Assembly (NCBI GenBank): GCA_001600695.1
Contig: BCKQ01000003.1
Location: 652,003-716,002, forward strand
Reading direction: 5' to 3'
Origin: Ascoidea asiatica JCM 7603
Taxonomy: Eukaryota; Fungi; Ascomycota
Length of the DNA stretch: 64,000 nt
Shown: positions 44,224-56,808 of the stretch, in pieces
Layout: each line of letters starts with the position of its first letter
Position numbering within the stretch: the stretch's first letter is position 1
Translations under genes and position numbers: made by a program
The notes under the pieces: model-generated
Seen by the model: only the letters and a program-made list of their open reading frames with translations
Told to the model about the DNA's origin: nothing
Databases searched by the model: none

Positions 44224-45684
44224 ATGGTAGGATTAGGCCCAAAAAAACCTCAACCAAGAAAAGGTCTGAGTGATGAAATTCCAAAAGATTTAGAAAATCA
44301 ATTAATTCATTTTGAAAAATTATTTAATGTATCTCCATCAACTTTAAAAAAAATTACAAATCATTTTGTTAATGAATTAACAAAAGGTCTTTCAGTTAAA
44401 GGTGGTAATATTCCAATGAATCCAGGTTGGGTACTTGGTTATCCAACTGGTAAAGAATCTGGTAAATATCTTGCAATTGATTTAGGTGGTACTAATTTAA
44501 GAGTTGTTTTAATTACTTTAGATGGTAAAAGAAATTTCTCAACTTTACAATCAAAATATCCCTTACCAGATAATATTAGAACTTCAAAAGCTGAAGATTT
44601 ATGGGATTTTGTTTCAATTTCAATTGATCAATTTTTAAAAACAAATAAAATTATAAGTAAAGATCCAATTCCTTTAGGTTTTACATTTTCTTATCCTTGT
44701 ACTCAAAATGCAATTAATATTGGTATTTTACAAAGATGGACAAAAGGTTATGATATTGAAAATGTTGAAGGTCATGATGTTGTACCAATGTTACAAAATT
44801 CTTTTAAAAAATTAAATTTACCTGTTGATGTTGTTGCTTTAATTAATGATACAACTGGTACTTTAGTTGCTTCTCATTATACTGATCCATTAAATGAAAT
44901 GGGTCTTATTTTTGGTACTGGTTGTAATGGTGCTTATTATGAATTAATTAAAAATATACCAAAATTATTAACTAAAAATTTACCAAAAGATATTGATCCA
45001 GTAACTCCAATGGCAATAAATTGTGAATATGGTGCTTTTGATAATGAACATTTAGTTTTACCAAGAAATAAATATGATTTTATAATTGATAATGAATCTC
45101 CAAGACCTGGTCAACAATCTTTTGAAAAAATGATTTCCGGTTATTATTTAGGTGAAGTTTTAAGATTAATTTTAGTTAATTTATTTGAAGAAAATTTAAT
45201 TTTTAAAAATCAATCAATTGAAAAATTAAAAATTCCATATATTTTAGATGCTTCATTCTTAGCACAAATTGAAGAAGATCCATTTGAAAATTTAGAAAAT
45301 ACAAAAGAATTAATATTAAAAGAATTAAATATTGTTTCAATTGTTGATGAAAGAAAATTAATTAGGAAATTAGCTGAATTAATTGCAACTAGAGCTTCAA
45401 GATTATCTGTTTGTGGTTTAGCTGCTCTTTATAAAAAAAGAAATTTCGATAAAACTCCAGAAAGAAAAGTTCATGCTGCTGCTGATGGTTCTGTTTTCAA
45501 TAAATATCCTGGTTTTCAACCTCGTGCTGCAAAAGCTTTAGCTGATATTTTCGATTGGACTATGGCTCCTGAAGATCATCCATTGAAATTAGTTCCTGCC
45601 GAAGATGGTTCTGGTGTTGGTGCTGCTGTTATTGCTGCTTTAACTGAAAATCGTCTTAAAGCTGGTTTATCTGTTGGTTTATAA
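44224..45684 (+). CDS. HXK2: Hexokinase
   Basis: MVGLGPKKPQPRKG N-terminus, AIDLGGTNLRV, LGFTFSYP, INDTTGTL and EDGSGVGAAVIAAL. Confidence 0.96.
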   Translation: MVGLGPKKPQPRKGLSDEIPKDLENQLIHFEKLFNVSPSTLKKITNHFVNELTKGLSVKGGNIPMNPGWVLGYPTGKESGKYLAIDLGGTNLRVVLITLDGKRNFSTLQSKYPLPDNIRTSKAEDLWDFVSISIDQFLKTNKIISKDPIPLGFTFSYPCTQNAINIGILQRWTKGYDIENVEGHDVVPMLQNSFKKLNLPVDVVALINDTTGTLVASHYTDPLNEMGLIFGTGCNGAYYELIKNIPKLLTKNLPKDIDPVTPMAINCEYGAFDNEHLVLPRNKYDFIIDNESPRPGQQSFEKMISGYYLGEVLRLILVNLFEENLIFKNQSIEKLKIPYILDASFLAQIEEDPFENLENTKELILKELNIVSIVDERKLIRKLAELIATRASRLSVCGLAALYKKRNFDKTPERKVHAAADGSVFNKYPGFQPRAAKALADIFDWTMAPEDHPLKLVPAEDGSGVGAAVIAALTENRLKAGLSVGL

Positions 45685-46186
45685 TTAAATTAATTAAAAT
45701 CAAATATATATAGTATATAAAGTTTTTATATGCTTGTTCATTTTTTATGATTATTTTTATAATTATTTCCTGATTTCAGGGTATTTTTTCAAAAGATTTT
45801 TTTTTTAATTTACTAAATTTTAACTACATGTGATCTTTTCTTTATCTTTTATAGTTCTTCTTTCTTTTATCTCTTTTCTCTTATATTTTTTCAATTTTTC
45901 TTTTTCTTTTCTTATTTAATGATACATCCTATAGAATTCATTTTAAAATTAAGCTTTTATTTGTTTTTATATGTAATCATAAAATTTTGAAGTAATCACA
46001 ATAATATTATCATACTAATAATAAATTCTTTACTTTTTTTTGTAAATAATTCAAATTTTAGGTTTATCTCAAGAAAAATTATGATTGGGTGAAAAAAGAT
46101 CAAAAAAAAAGGGAAACGAAAATTTATTATAAATACATAATAATTAATGATATTTCGAGATTTGAAATATAAATAAAACGAATGAC

Positions 46187-47896
46187 TTAACTTATTACTA
46201 TATCATCATCAACATCATTTGTACTTTTGAATAATGCATCCAAATCAAATTCTTTACTCCATTCATTAACAATTGTAACTTGATTTATTTTTGCAGATTC
46301 TCTTTTAAATTCACTTTCAACAATTTCATTTGTTTTATTTTTTGGAGGATTTGTCCAACATATAATTTTACCATCTTTCCAATCATTTAATATACTTATT
46401 GCAGAACTATCAAGATTTGGTACACCACCTTTACCTAATCTACCTCTTTTTCTTGCAGTATGAATTAAAATTTGTTTAAGATATTCATCTAAATTAGATC
46501 TTGGTATTGAAGGTAATTCATAATATTTTTCAAAATTTTTAATAAATTCTTCATAATCTTTTTCTTCACTTAATTTTATTATTCTTTTAAGTAATAGTTT
46601 AACGGATTCAACTGGAAAATTAATATATTTATTTGGTAAAGCATTTAATAAAGTTAATTTTGCTTCTGAATCAATTTTATTTTTCTTTATAGACTTATTA
46701 CTTTTACCTTTAATTGAACTATTTGGAAAAATAATACCAGGAGAATCAAGAATTTTTAGTTTATTATCAACTTTAATTTCACGTAATGAAGTTGTTACAC
46801 CAGCTTGATTACCAACAGGACAAGCTTTTGAAGAACCTCCTCTTCTTGAAATTAAAGAATTTATTATTGATGATTTTCCAACATTTGGATAACCTATAAC
46901 CCCAACAACAATTGATCTTTTTAAATTACTTTTATTTGCAAAAGTTTTAAGACATTGTAAAAGATTTTTAGATGTAACAGATTGTGATAATTTTCTATTG
47001 AAACTTAAATTTACAGTTGCTCTTGACATTGAATTACCAGATGCTGCTTTTAATGGAATTGTTGGAAATTGAGTTTTGAAGAATGATAACCAAGATTCAA
47101 GAACTTTATCAGGTATCAAATCAATTTTATTTAAAATAAATATCAATCTTTTAGTTGGAGAAGCTAAAACAGCTTCTTCAACTTTTTTGGATCTTGTAGT
47201 TTCTGGATCTCTAGCATCAAGAACATATAATATAACATCAGATGCTTCTACAACTGCTTTAAATATTTTATCATAAGCTTTTCTTGATCTTTCAAGTTCC
47301 ATCGCATTTGAGTCAGGTTCTGTATCATCATCAGAAAATTCAATTTCATGATCAACTATCTCTAAATCTTCATCAATTTTCTCATTTTCATCATCATCAT
47401 CTTCTTCTCCTTCAAATTCTTTTGCAGCAGCTTGAGCAGAGGCTAATAAAGCAGCTAATGGATTTCCACCTTCTTCATTTTCATCATCCATTTCATCATC
47501 TTCTTCAGCAATTCCATTACTATTTTCTTCTTTTTTTAATTTTCTGGCTGCCAATCTCTCTTGTTTTCGGTGTTCTTTTATTTGTTCATCTTCTAATCTT
47601 TTTGCTTCGATTTGTTCTAAAATTTTTTCTTTATATGGAAAACTAGATGGAATTCCGGGATCTTTTTTAGCAGATCTCCAAGTTACATCTTTTTTAGCAG
47701 CTTTTTTATTCTTTCTACCTTGTGCAGCTGCTTTCTTTTTAATTCCTTCTCTCATACGAGTTGAAGTTCTTTTACTTGTTGGTTCTAAAGAAGAAAAGGA
47801 AAAAAAAACACAATATTAGTAAATGGATTCTTTATGGATGTTCATTTATAATAAAAACAACAAACAATATAATCAATACATACTTCTCACTCTCAT
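46187..47896 (-). CDS. NUG1: Nucleolar circularly permuted GTPase Nug1 (spliced)
   Basis: Exon 1 47896-47884; intron 47883-47785 (GTATGT, TACTAAT, TAG). Spliced N-terminus MRVRKPTSKRTSTRMREGIKKK. Motifs KKDPGIP, VLDARDP, NKID, GYPNVGKSS and DSPG. Confidence 0.96.
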
Positions 47897-48432
47897 CCTT
47901 AATATTTTACTGAAAACTATAGGTATATAACTTCAAATACTGTATTGAAATTATAGATATTTAGCAAAATAAATAGCAAAACTTGGAAATATTTATTTTT
48001 CCTGTGAAATATTTACCTTTAAATTTTTTTTTAGAAAAAAAATATTTATAGTGGCGCGGTATCCAAATGAAGATAGTGGCTAGTTATGTGGATAGTTATA
48101 TTTAGAGCCCTTTAATGAGGGCTTTTATCTTTTGCTTCTTCTTCAGCTGTTAACAATGAGGCTGATCAAGAAGCGAGCCGAACTCGAGTAAATCCAGAAA
48201 TCCAGTTTATTTAATATGGTGTCAAGAACTGAGCTTCTGTCTGGAGTTAAATCAGGAACTGATTTGAAATTGGAATTGAAATTGGAAATAGAAGTAAAAG
48301 AGATTGATTTGATTTGTGATAATGAATTCAATGGAATCCCAAGTAATTCGATAAGAAGAAGGTAAAAAGGCTCAAAGAAACGAGAGATTTAGATTCAGTA
48401 TTTCGTTGGTGAAGATAAAGAAGACATAAATA

Positions 48433-50865
48433 ATGCCAGATCATGAGAAATATGGTATAGTTATTGATTCAGGTTCTTCTGGATCAAGATTACAAATTTA
48501 TAAATGGGAAGATTCTTCATATATTCAATCAAATTCAAATTATGATGATATTTGGAATTCAGTTCCAAAAATTATTCAAGAAAAAAATTGGTCAAAGAAA
48601 ACTTCACCAGGAATTTCAAGTTATGAACAAAAATATAAAAAAATTTGGTCAAAACATCTTAAACCATTAATTGAATTTGCAGAAGATAAAATACCGAAAG
48701 ATAAAATTTCTGAAACTCCAATTTTTTTACAAGCAACAGCAGGAATGAGATTATTGCCTGAAAAATCTCAAAAGAAAATATTAAATCAAATTTGTTATGA
48801 TTTAAAAAATCATAGTAAATTTCTTATAAATAATTGCCAAGAACAAATTCAAATTATTGATGGAGAACAAGAAGGTATATTTGGTTGGTTAGCATTAAAT
48901 TATTTAACAGGAAATTTTGATAATTATGATCCAAGTTCTGAAACTCATTCATCTTTTGGATTTATGGATATGGGAGGAGCTTCAACACAAATTGCTTTTG
49001 TACCTTCAAATAAAACTGATTTAATAAGACATAAAGATGATTTATCATCAATATATTTAAGAACTATTAATGGTAATATACAAGAATGGAATATATTTGT
49101 GACAACATGGTTAGGATTTGGAGCAAATCAAGCAAGAAAAAGATATTTAAATCAACTTATTTCTTTACAATTATCAATTAATTTTGATAAAGATAATGAA
49201 AATTTGAAATTCATCAATGATCCCTGTCTGCAAAAAGGTGTTGAATATGATTTTTATTCAAAAATTGATAATAAAAATCATAAAATCAAAGGTATTGGAG
49301 ATTATGAAATGTGTTTAAAGACTCAATATCCACTTTTATTAAAAAATTTATCATGTAAAGATCAACCATGTTTATTTAGTGGAATTCATGTGCCAAATAT
49401 AGATTTTGAAAATGATAAATTTGTTGGAATTTCTGAATATTGGTATACACCAAATGATATTTATAAATTAGGTGGAGAATATAATTTTATAACATTTAAT
49501 GAAAATGTTAAAAAATTTTGTGAAATTGATTGGACAATTGCTTTAAAAAATAATAAAGATGGTTTATATAATAATATACCAGAAGATTATTTAAGAGATT
49601 CATGTTTTAAAGGTAGTTGGTTAATTAATATTTTACATGAAGGTTTTCAATTACCAAGAATTGGAATTGATATAGAAACTTCAAAAGATTTAGAGAATAA
49701 AGATATTTTAAAAGATGTACCTTTTCAAAGTGCAGGTTTAATTGAAGGTTCAGAATTATCTTGGACTTTAGGTAAAATTTTGCTTTATGCTTCAAGTCAA
49801 ATTCCAATACCTGAAGGTTCAAAAAATAATATTCAAAAGGTTGGTATTATGCCAAGTGAATTATCAAAAAAAATTAATAATAAAAGTTTTTATTCTGGTG
49901 GTGTTGATTTATCAATAATTACTGGAATTAACGAAGGTAATGTTTTAAGTAATTTCAGTTTCTTAATTTTTTTATTATTAATTTTTTTATTCTTTATTAC
50001 AATTATTAAAAAAAAGGGCTCATTATTAACAAAATTTAGATTAAATTCAAGAACTTTCAATAGTTTAAGTTTTGGATTAGTTTACATTGTTGAAAAAATT
50101 GAATATTCATTTTCAAAATATTTTAGAAGTCAACATATAGTTTCTGTACATGGTGATATGGAAGAAGGTTTACTTTCAGTTCCTGGACAAATGCAATCAA
50201 ATATTAGTAATATGGGAAATTTTTATAACAATAGTGGATTTAATATGAGTTCATCATCATTTTTAAGTACAAATCCAAATAATGAAAATTCTAGACAAAT
50301 TTCTAGACAATCATCATCACTTTCATTTTATGCAACAAATACACATACAAATATAAATACAAATAGAATATCATCAATTAATACAACACATCATTTAAGT
50401 AAAATTGATGATATAAGTATTGATATTAAACCACCAAGTCCAATGTTAGATAAAAGTCAAGTGTCATTTTATACAGGAGTTAATAGATCAGTATCTTCAT
50501 TAGGACTGTATAATTTACCAATAATTGATGGATCAAATGAATATAATGAAGAAAATAAAACTATATTTATACCGAAATTAAGATCAAGAGCAACAATTGG
50601 TGGTAGTAGTAATCTGACAAATATCGCAATTAAGGGAAATGAAAAAAATGAAGATAGTAATTTTAACAGTAATAGTAGTAATATGAATGGTAATGGTAAT
50701 AATAATGGTACAGATAACAATAATGGTGGTAATAATAAAGAGAATAATAAAATTGATGAAATGAATTCTAAGAAGAAATCAACATCTCCACCATTTTTAG
50801 GACCTGGCGGTTTAAGAAGAAATTTTTCAATGGGAGTTCTTGGTGGGAATGGGAAAATGATATAG
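48433..50865 (+). CDS. YND1: Golgi apyrase Ynd1
   Basis: VIDSGSSGSR, QATAGMRLL, EGIFGW, DMGGASTQ and SWTLG apyrase conserved regions, then a TM segment and cytosolic tail. Next to NUG1, as in S. cerevisiae. Confidence 0.95.
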   Translation: MPDHEKYGIVIDSGSSGSRLQIYKWEDSSYIQSNSNYDDIWNSVPKIIQEKNWSKKTSPGISSYEQKYKKIWSKHLKPLIEFAEDKIPKDKISETPIFLQATAGMRLLPEKSQKKILNQICYDLKNHSKFLINNCQEQIQIIDGEQEGIFGWLALNYLTGNFDNYDPSSETHSSFGFMDMGGASTQIAFVPSNKTDLIRHKDDLSSIYLRTINGNIQEWNIFVTTWLGFGANQARKRYLNQLISLQLSINFDKDNENLKFINDPCLQKGVEYDFYSKIDNKNHKIKGIGDYEMCLKTQYPLLLKNLSCKDQPCLFSGIHVPNIDFENDKFVGISEYWYTPNDIYKLGGEYNFITFNENVKKFCEIDWTIALKNNKDGLYNNIPEDYLRDSCFKGSWLINILHEGFQLPRIGIDIETSKDLENKDILKDVPFQSAGLIEGSELSWTLGKILLYASSQIPIPEGSKNNIQKVGIMPSELSKKINNKSFYSGGVDLSIITGINEGNVLSNFSFLIFLLLIFLFFITIIKKKGSLLTKFRLNSRTFNSLSFGLVYIVEKIEYSFSKYFRSQHIVSVHGDMEEGLLSVPGQMQSNISNMGNFYNNSGFNMSSSSFLSTNPNNENSRQISRQSSSLSFYATNTHTNINTNRISSINTTHHLSKIDDISIDIKPPSPMLDKSQVSFYTGVNRSVSSLGLYNLPIIDGSNEYNEENKTIFIPKLRSRATIGGSSNLTNIAIKGNEKNEDSNFNSNSSNMNGNGNNNGTDNNNGGNNKENNKIDEMNSKKKSTSPPFLGPGGLRRNFSMGVLGGNGKMI

Positions 50866-51227
50866 CATATAATTAAATAGTATTTCAGTTGTCAACTACT
50901 GATGATCAATCATCATTTCAATGTATATTTCAATAAGCAGTTCAATAGACCTTTTTTTATCAAAGCTTGTTTTTATTGTTTCTTTATTGATTAAATTTGT
51001 TTATTTATTGAAATTATTTGATAGATAAGAATGTCACGTGACCACTATACATTAATTTTAAGCGGCGATAATTGAAAACATCTGTGAATAATGTTGGTTA
51101 TTAGAGTATTAAAAGCGTAATAGTGAAATAATATCAGAATAAATATCGATTATTATCAATTGAATAAAATAATACCAATTGATATTGAATAAAGAAAGAA
51201 AAAATAAATTAATAATAAACAATAATA

Positions 51228-52451
51228 ATGTCAGATACAACATTGAATTCAGGGGTTTCAAAGATTCCAGATTTTGATCTTTCTCAAAATGCATTTATAT
51301 TAAAAGATCCAAGTCTTACATCTCGCCACCCTTCAGCATTAGAATATTTAAAAACAGAAATAAGTAAAGAAAAATTAGCACCATATTATTATTATCTTTA
51401 TCATGATTATTTTCAAAAAAATGATAATATATTAAAATGGGATGAAGATTTATATAAAGAATTGAAATCATCAAATGATAAAGAAATTTCAAAAATTGAA
51501 AATGAAATTAAAGAAGCAGAAAATGATGATGAAGGAGAATTAGAAATTGTTAAATGTTATACAAAATTAGGTGAATATTATGCAAAAATTGGAGATAAAG
51601 AAAAAAGTATTAATACATTACGTAAAGCATTTAAATTAACACCATCAACAGGATCAAAAATTGATATATTATTAACAATTTCAAGAATTGGATTTTTTTT
51701 TAATGATTTAAAATTTATTGAAAAATTATTAGATGAAACAAATTCATTAATTGATAAAGGTGGAGATTGGGAACGTCGTAATCGTTATAAAACTTATAAA
51801 GGTATATTTTTAATGTCAATTAGAAATTTTAAAGATGCAGCACCATTATTAATTGATTCTTTAACAACTTTTACATCAACAGAAATTTCAACATATGATC
51901 AAATTGCACAATTTGCAGCAATTTGTGGAGTTGCATGTTTACCTAGAATTGATTTAAAAATTAAAGTTATTGATTCATCAGAAATTTTATCATTAAAATC
52001 AACATCATTAAATTTATTACCAATTATAAATTTAACAAATTGTCTTTATAATTGTGAATATTCAAATTTTTTCAAATATTTAAAAGAAGTTGAAGAAGAA
52101 ATTTTAATTCCATGTAAATATTTAAAAAGACATTCATCATATTATTTAAGAATTTTAAGAATTAGAGCTTATTCACAATTATTAGAAAGTTATAAATCTT
52201 TATCATTAAAATCAATGTCAGAACAATTTGGAGTTTCTATTGAATTTTTAGATAATGATTTATGTAAATTTATTCCAAATAATAAAATAAATTGTGTTAT
52301 TGATAGAGTTAATGGAATTGTTGAAACTAATAGACCTGATAATAAAAATGCTCAATATCAACTTTTAATTAAACAAGGTGATGCATTATTAACAAAATTA
52401 CAAAAATATGGTGCTGCTGTAAGATTAAGTGGTACAGATAGAGTATCTTAA
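51228..52451 (+). CDS. RPN7: 26S proteasome lid subunit Rpn7
   Basis: GGDWERRNRYKTY, AYSQLLESYKSLSL and IDRVNGIVETNRPDNKNAQY. Palindromic GTCACGTGAC at 51033-51042 upstream. Confidence 0.97.
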   Translation: MSDTTLNSGVSKIPDFDLSQNAFILKDPSLTSRHPSALEYLKTEISKEKLAPYYYYLYHDYFQKNDNILKWDEDLYKELKSSNDKEISKIENEIKEAENDDEGELEIVKCYTKLGEYYAKIGDKEKSINTLRKAFKLTPSTGSKIDILLTISRIGFFFNDLKFIEKLLDETNSLIDKGGDWERRNRYKTYKGIFLMSIRNFKDAAPLLIDSLTTFTSTEISTYDQIAQFAAICGVACLPRIDLKIKVIDSSEILSLKSTSLNLLPIINLTNCLYNCEYSNFFKYLKEVEEEILIPCKYLKRHSSYYLRILRIRAYSQLLESYKSLSLKSMSEQFGVSIEFLDNDLCKFIPNNKINCVIDRVNGIVETNRPDNKNAQYQLLIKQGDALLTKLQKYGAAVRLSGTDRVS

Positions 52452-53046
52452 GAAATTATAATTATTTAATATTTAAAATTTAATCAATAAATAAAAATGA
52501 ATATTTCATTGAAAATCTTTATCTATTTGTAGTTATTTCAATTATTATTTAATTTTATCTTTTTTTTAGAAATCTGAATATATTGATCCAATTTCAAAAT
52601 ATTTGAGTGATCAAACAAGAAACTATTCAGCTTATTGTAAAAGCACCAAACCGATCATTAACGGGACAGTTTTTACGTTCTAACGAGACCACTCAAACGA
52701 AAAGAAAATACGCAATCTAAGTGAAGAGACATGAAAATTAGCTTAAGACAATTTTTTGAAGAGAAGAAAATACTGTGAATAAAACAGATTGATCAACGAA
52801 ATGAAATGAAATCAAAAATGATTTAGAGTTTAGATGAATAGATAGTTAAATTGAAAAAAAAAAGAAAATGAAATAAAGTATTTAAAGAGAGCAAAGTTAA
52901 TGAAAAAAAATAAATAATATATAAAATGGAAAAAATGCAATATGAATTATAGCTAAATCATTATTTTACAAAAAAAAGAATTGTGAAATGAATTAATAGT
53001 TAGAAGTTTTCAAAAATTAATACAAAAAAGAAAGTTGGAAAAAAAC

Positions 53047-54769
53047 TTATTCTAATCTTCTTTGATGTTCTTCATCATCATAAGTACCCCAAACGTCAAA
53101 ATATGATTTTTTACCTTTAGTTTCAGGTATAAAAGAATAAACAAAAATTGCAAAAAGTGAACACATTAAAGCGAAAATAAAATAAACAGAACCACCGATT
53201 GAATCATTTAAAATTGGAAATAAATAACCAATTAAAAAAGTTGAAGACCAATTCATTATTGTACCATAACTTTGAGCAATACTTGAAGCATTTAATTGAG
53301 TTACTTCAGATACAATTAAAAATGGAATTGGACCAACACCTAAAGCAAAAGCAATAATATAAAGAAAAGTTGCAAATACAATTAAAATTGATTTTGAGAA
53401 AATTATTGCAATTGCAATTAAAAAACATGCAATTGACATCACAGACCTTGAATAAATTAATAATGGTTTTCTACCAAGTTTATCAACTAAAGTTCCTGAT
53501 AAAAAAGTCACAATAACATTTAATATTGAAATTGTACAATTTATTGCAACAGCATAATTTGGTAATAATGAAGCAATTACAGAAACTCCATAAAAAATTA
53601 TTGAATTTATACCACAAAATTGTTGACCAGTAAGAACACCAGTTGTAACAATTAAAGATTTTAAATAAAAACCTGAAAAAATATAATCATAAAATGAAAC
53701 TGAAGATTTTTTTTCTTTTAAATCAATTGAAGAATCATTAATTATTTGATTTGAATCACCTAAAGAATCATCAATAGAAATTGGATTATTATTTAATAAA
53801 TTATCAGTTTCTAGATTTGAATTTAAATTTGAAGTTGAAGTGGAATTTGAATTTGAAGTAGAATCAGAAGTTGAAATTGAATCTTTTGATAACCATTCAG
53901 TTACTTCAATATCAGAAATATTTTTATTGCCACCTCTTAATTTATTTAAAACAATTTTAGCTTCAATAATTTTATTATTTTTAGCTAACCATTTTGGAGA
54001 TTCATCAATTAAATAAAAACCTAAGATATTTAAAAATCCAAGAATTATACCAATTAATAATAAATATCTCCATTGATAATCATTTGCCCATTTTAAAGCT
54101 AAAGATTGAGTTAATAAAATACCTAAATTAATTGAAACTTGATTCATAGTACCTAAAAGACCTCTTAAATGAATTGGACTAATTTCATTAATTAATAATG
54201 GAGTTACAACTATTGAAGCACCAGTACCAATACCAATTATAATTCTGCCAATTAATAAATGAATAAAAGTATTTGAAAAAGAAAGTATTAAAGAACCAAG
54301 AATGAAAAAAAAACAATTGATAAAAGAGGAACCTTTTCTACCTAATTTATCAGATAATTTACTTGCAATTATTGAACCAATTAAACCACCAATTGAAATC
54401 ATTGAAGTTGCCATTCCAACATCTTTTGAATCCATTGGAATACATTGTTTATAATCATGTTTTCCAAACCAAGTATCTTCATATTGAATATCTGGAAAAC
54501 CTGGACCAGGTACTGATTGTCTACAAGATAATATACTTTCTGGAGCATTTAATTCAGACTGTAAAAAAAAGAAAAAAAAGTAAAAAAGATATTAGTAACT
54601 GGATTTTCTTAATAGAATAGAATCTTTTGAGTAATTTTCTAATAAAATTTCCAAATAGATTAATTCAAATACATACCATATGATAACCAAATTGAATACT
54701 TCCTAGACAAGCTACAAAAGTGGTGAACACCAATCTAGAAGTCCAACCGGTAGGATTTGAATTCGACAT
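53047..54769 (-). CDS. MFS sugar-porter family protein, YBR241C/VPS73 type (spliced)
   Basis: Exon 1 54769-54677 (...CLGSIQFGYHM); intron 54676-54559 (GTATGT, TACTAAT, CAG); exon 2 SELNAPESILSC... in frame with the 462-aa ORF. Motifs DKLGRK, ESPKWL, QQFCGINSIIFY and PETKG. Divergent from RPL28, like VPS73 in S. cerevisiae. Confidence 0.9.
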
Positions 54770-55159
54770 TATGAAATTAAACGAGTCTGAAGCTGTCAAC
54801 AGATAAAACAATTAATTAATCAATTAAACAATTAATAAAATTATCAATTACTCAATCATTCAATATATCTATTAATCAATTATATAATTATTGACCAGCT
54901 CTATCAGTTCAATCAGCTCAACATTGACTAAATCATATCAAGGTTATCAAGGTGGAAGTGTTTTGGATAGATCTGGCTGATATCGAAGGAGGCACACTCA
55001 TCATCTTCGAGTTGTTTATCCCCCACAGTACTGGTAGCAAACTTCTCAGCGATTATCCGGGGAGTAAAGGATCCCTTTCAGTGGTAGATCCTTATTAGTG
55101 GTATAAACAGCATTATACATTGAACAACATTACAATACACTAAAATACAGCCTGTTGTT

Positions 55160-55292
55160 TTAGGGCTTTGAGTCGGCAATATCACATGTTATATGTAAGG
55201 GCTCTAAATATAGTTTATACATATGACTGTTTTTGAATTCTTGCAATGAATGAATTGTCACAATGTACTCCTAGTAGTACTTTACTCACGTG
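55160..55292. promoter_or_regulatory. Tbf1-like and Cbf1 sites upstream of RPL28
   Basis: TTAGGGCT 55160-55167, AGGGCTCTA 55198-55206, TCACGTG 55286-55292. Confidence 0.6.
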
Positions 55293-55609
55293 CAAGAGTG
55301 CTTTTCAGAACCACGAAAAGCAGACAATAATATAAAGTGGATGCAGGATGGGTGTGCTATGCGGTGCTCTTAATAAATCCTAGCAGACAAGGCTCGCTGT
55401 GAGAGTGCAGTGATTTCCATCATCTCAGTGCCAGAGCCAGACCCAGTGATTATTCGTAGTGTGGAAAATGAAGCTAACACCTGAATCAGAAAATTCATCA
55501 ATTAATCAATAATTAATTCTATATTTTAATATATTGAAATTTAATATTTCATAATCTGTTTCATTGGTTTAAAGTAGAAGATTAATCATAATATAATAAT
55601 AATATCAAA

Positions 55610-56808
55610 ATGCCTACCAGATTAACAAAAACCAGAAAACACAGAGGTAACGTCTCAGGTATGTCTATTTATTTCTCTCTTCAAAAAAAAAATAAGAGAA
55701 AATTATATCACCTATTGATTGAAATGGAAAGGAATTAATTAAAACTAGTGAATTAGTATTTAATGAGTAAAAAAGAACAATATAGAGCAAATTATGGAGA
55801 AGTATTTTATGGAAAAACAAATATATATCAAATAATCTGGAAGAATTATACAAAATCAATCATAAAATATTTTACTGTTTATGTATAAATGCAGAAAGGA
55901 CATTAAACAATTGGAAATATTTAAAGGAGAAGAAATTGTCCAATTCCAGTAGTAAGAAATAAAAGAACTTCTAGTGAATTTGAGAAAGAAGAAAAATTTA
56001 TAATCTAAAAGAAAAAATTTCATTATAATCGAATTTTCAAAGGAAACTTTTTTTTATTCCAATATTTTTTTAACTGAGTTTTAAATGTTTTTCAAAATTT
56101 ATTCCAATTATCTTAATCGATTCAAAATGAAAATAGTAAAAAATAACAATACACATTATTGGGTTTTAAAGTATCTAGTTAATTTACTTATTTCAAATAA
56201 TTTAAAAAAAAGTCATCATTTACTCAAGCCACTCATTTTACTTCAGAATTCAATAATTCTTTTCTTCTCATTATAATCTTACTTCAAATCTTAAAAAAAA
56301 AACCAAATCAATTTGATTTCTTTCTGAAGGCTTTTTCTTTCAAAAAATATTTAAATAGTGTAAAGATTCATTTACTAACTTATTGTTCATTTTTATTATT
56401 ATTTTAGCCGGTAATGGTCGTGTCGGAAAACATAGAAAGCATCCCGGTGGACGTGGTAAAGCTGGTGGTCAACATCATCATAGAATTGCAATGGATAAAT
56501 ACCATCCAGGTTATTTCGGTAAAGTAGGTATGAGATTTTTCCATAAACAAAAAAATCCATTCTGGAAACCTGTTGTAAATTTAGATAAATTATGGACTTT
56601 ATTACCTGAAGAAAAAAGAGAGTTTTACTTAAAAAATTCAACTTCTAAAAAAGCTCCAGTTATTGATACTTTAGCTGCTGGTTATGGTAAAGTTTTAGGT
56701 AAAGGTAGATTACCAAATGTACCTGTTATTGTAAAAGCAAGATTTGTTTCTCAATTAGCCGAAGAAAAAATTAAAGCTGCAGGTGGTGTTGTTGAATTAA
56801 TTGCTTAA
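55610..56808 (+). CDS. RPL28: 60S ribosomal protein L28 (uL15), spliced
   Basis: Exon 1 55610-55658 ([16 protein letters not shown]); 749-nt intron 55659-56407 (GTATGT, TACTAAC 56373, TAG); exon 2 [17 protein letters not shown]...GGVVELIA. Confidence 0.98.

Noticed and set aside
52700-52760. Resemblance to U4 snRNA (AAATACGCA..., AATTTTTTG)
   Set aside because: The U6-pairing 5' segment and the U4 stem-loops are missing.
56383-56808. Natural cycloheximide-resistance allele of RPL28
   Set aside because: Gln38 (GGQHHH) is present; the ORF-track N-terminus is intron sequence.
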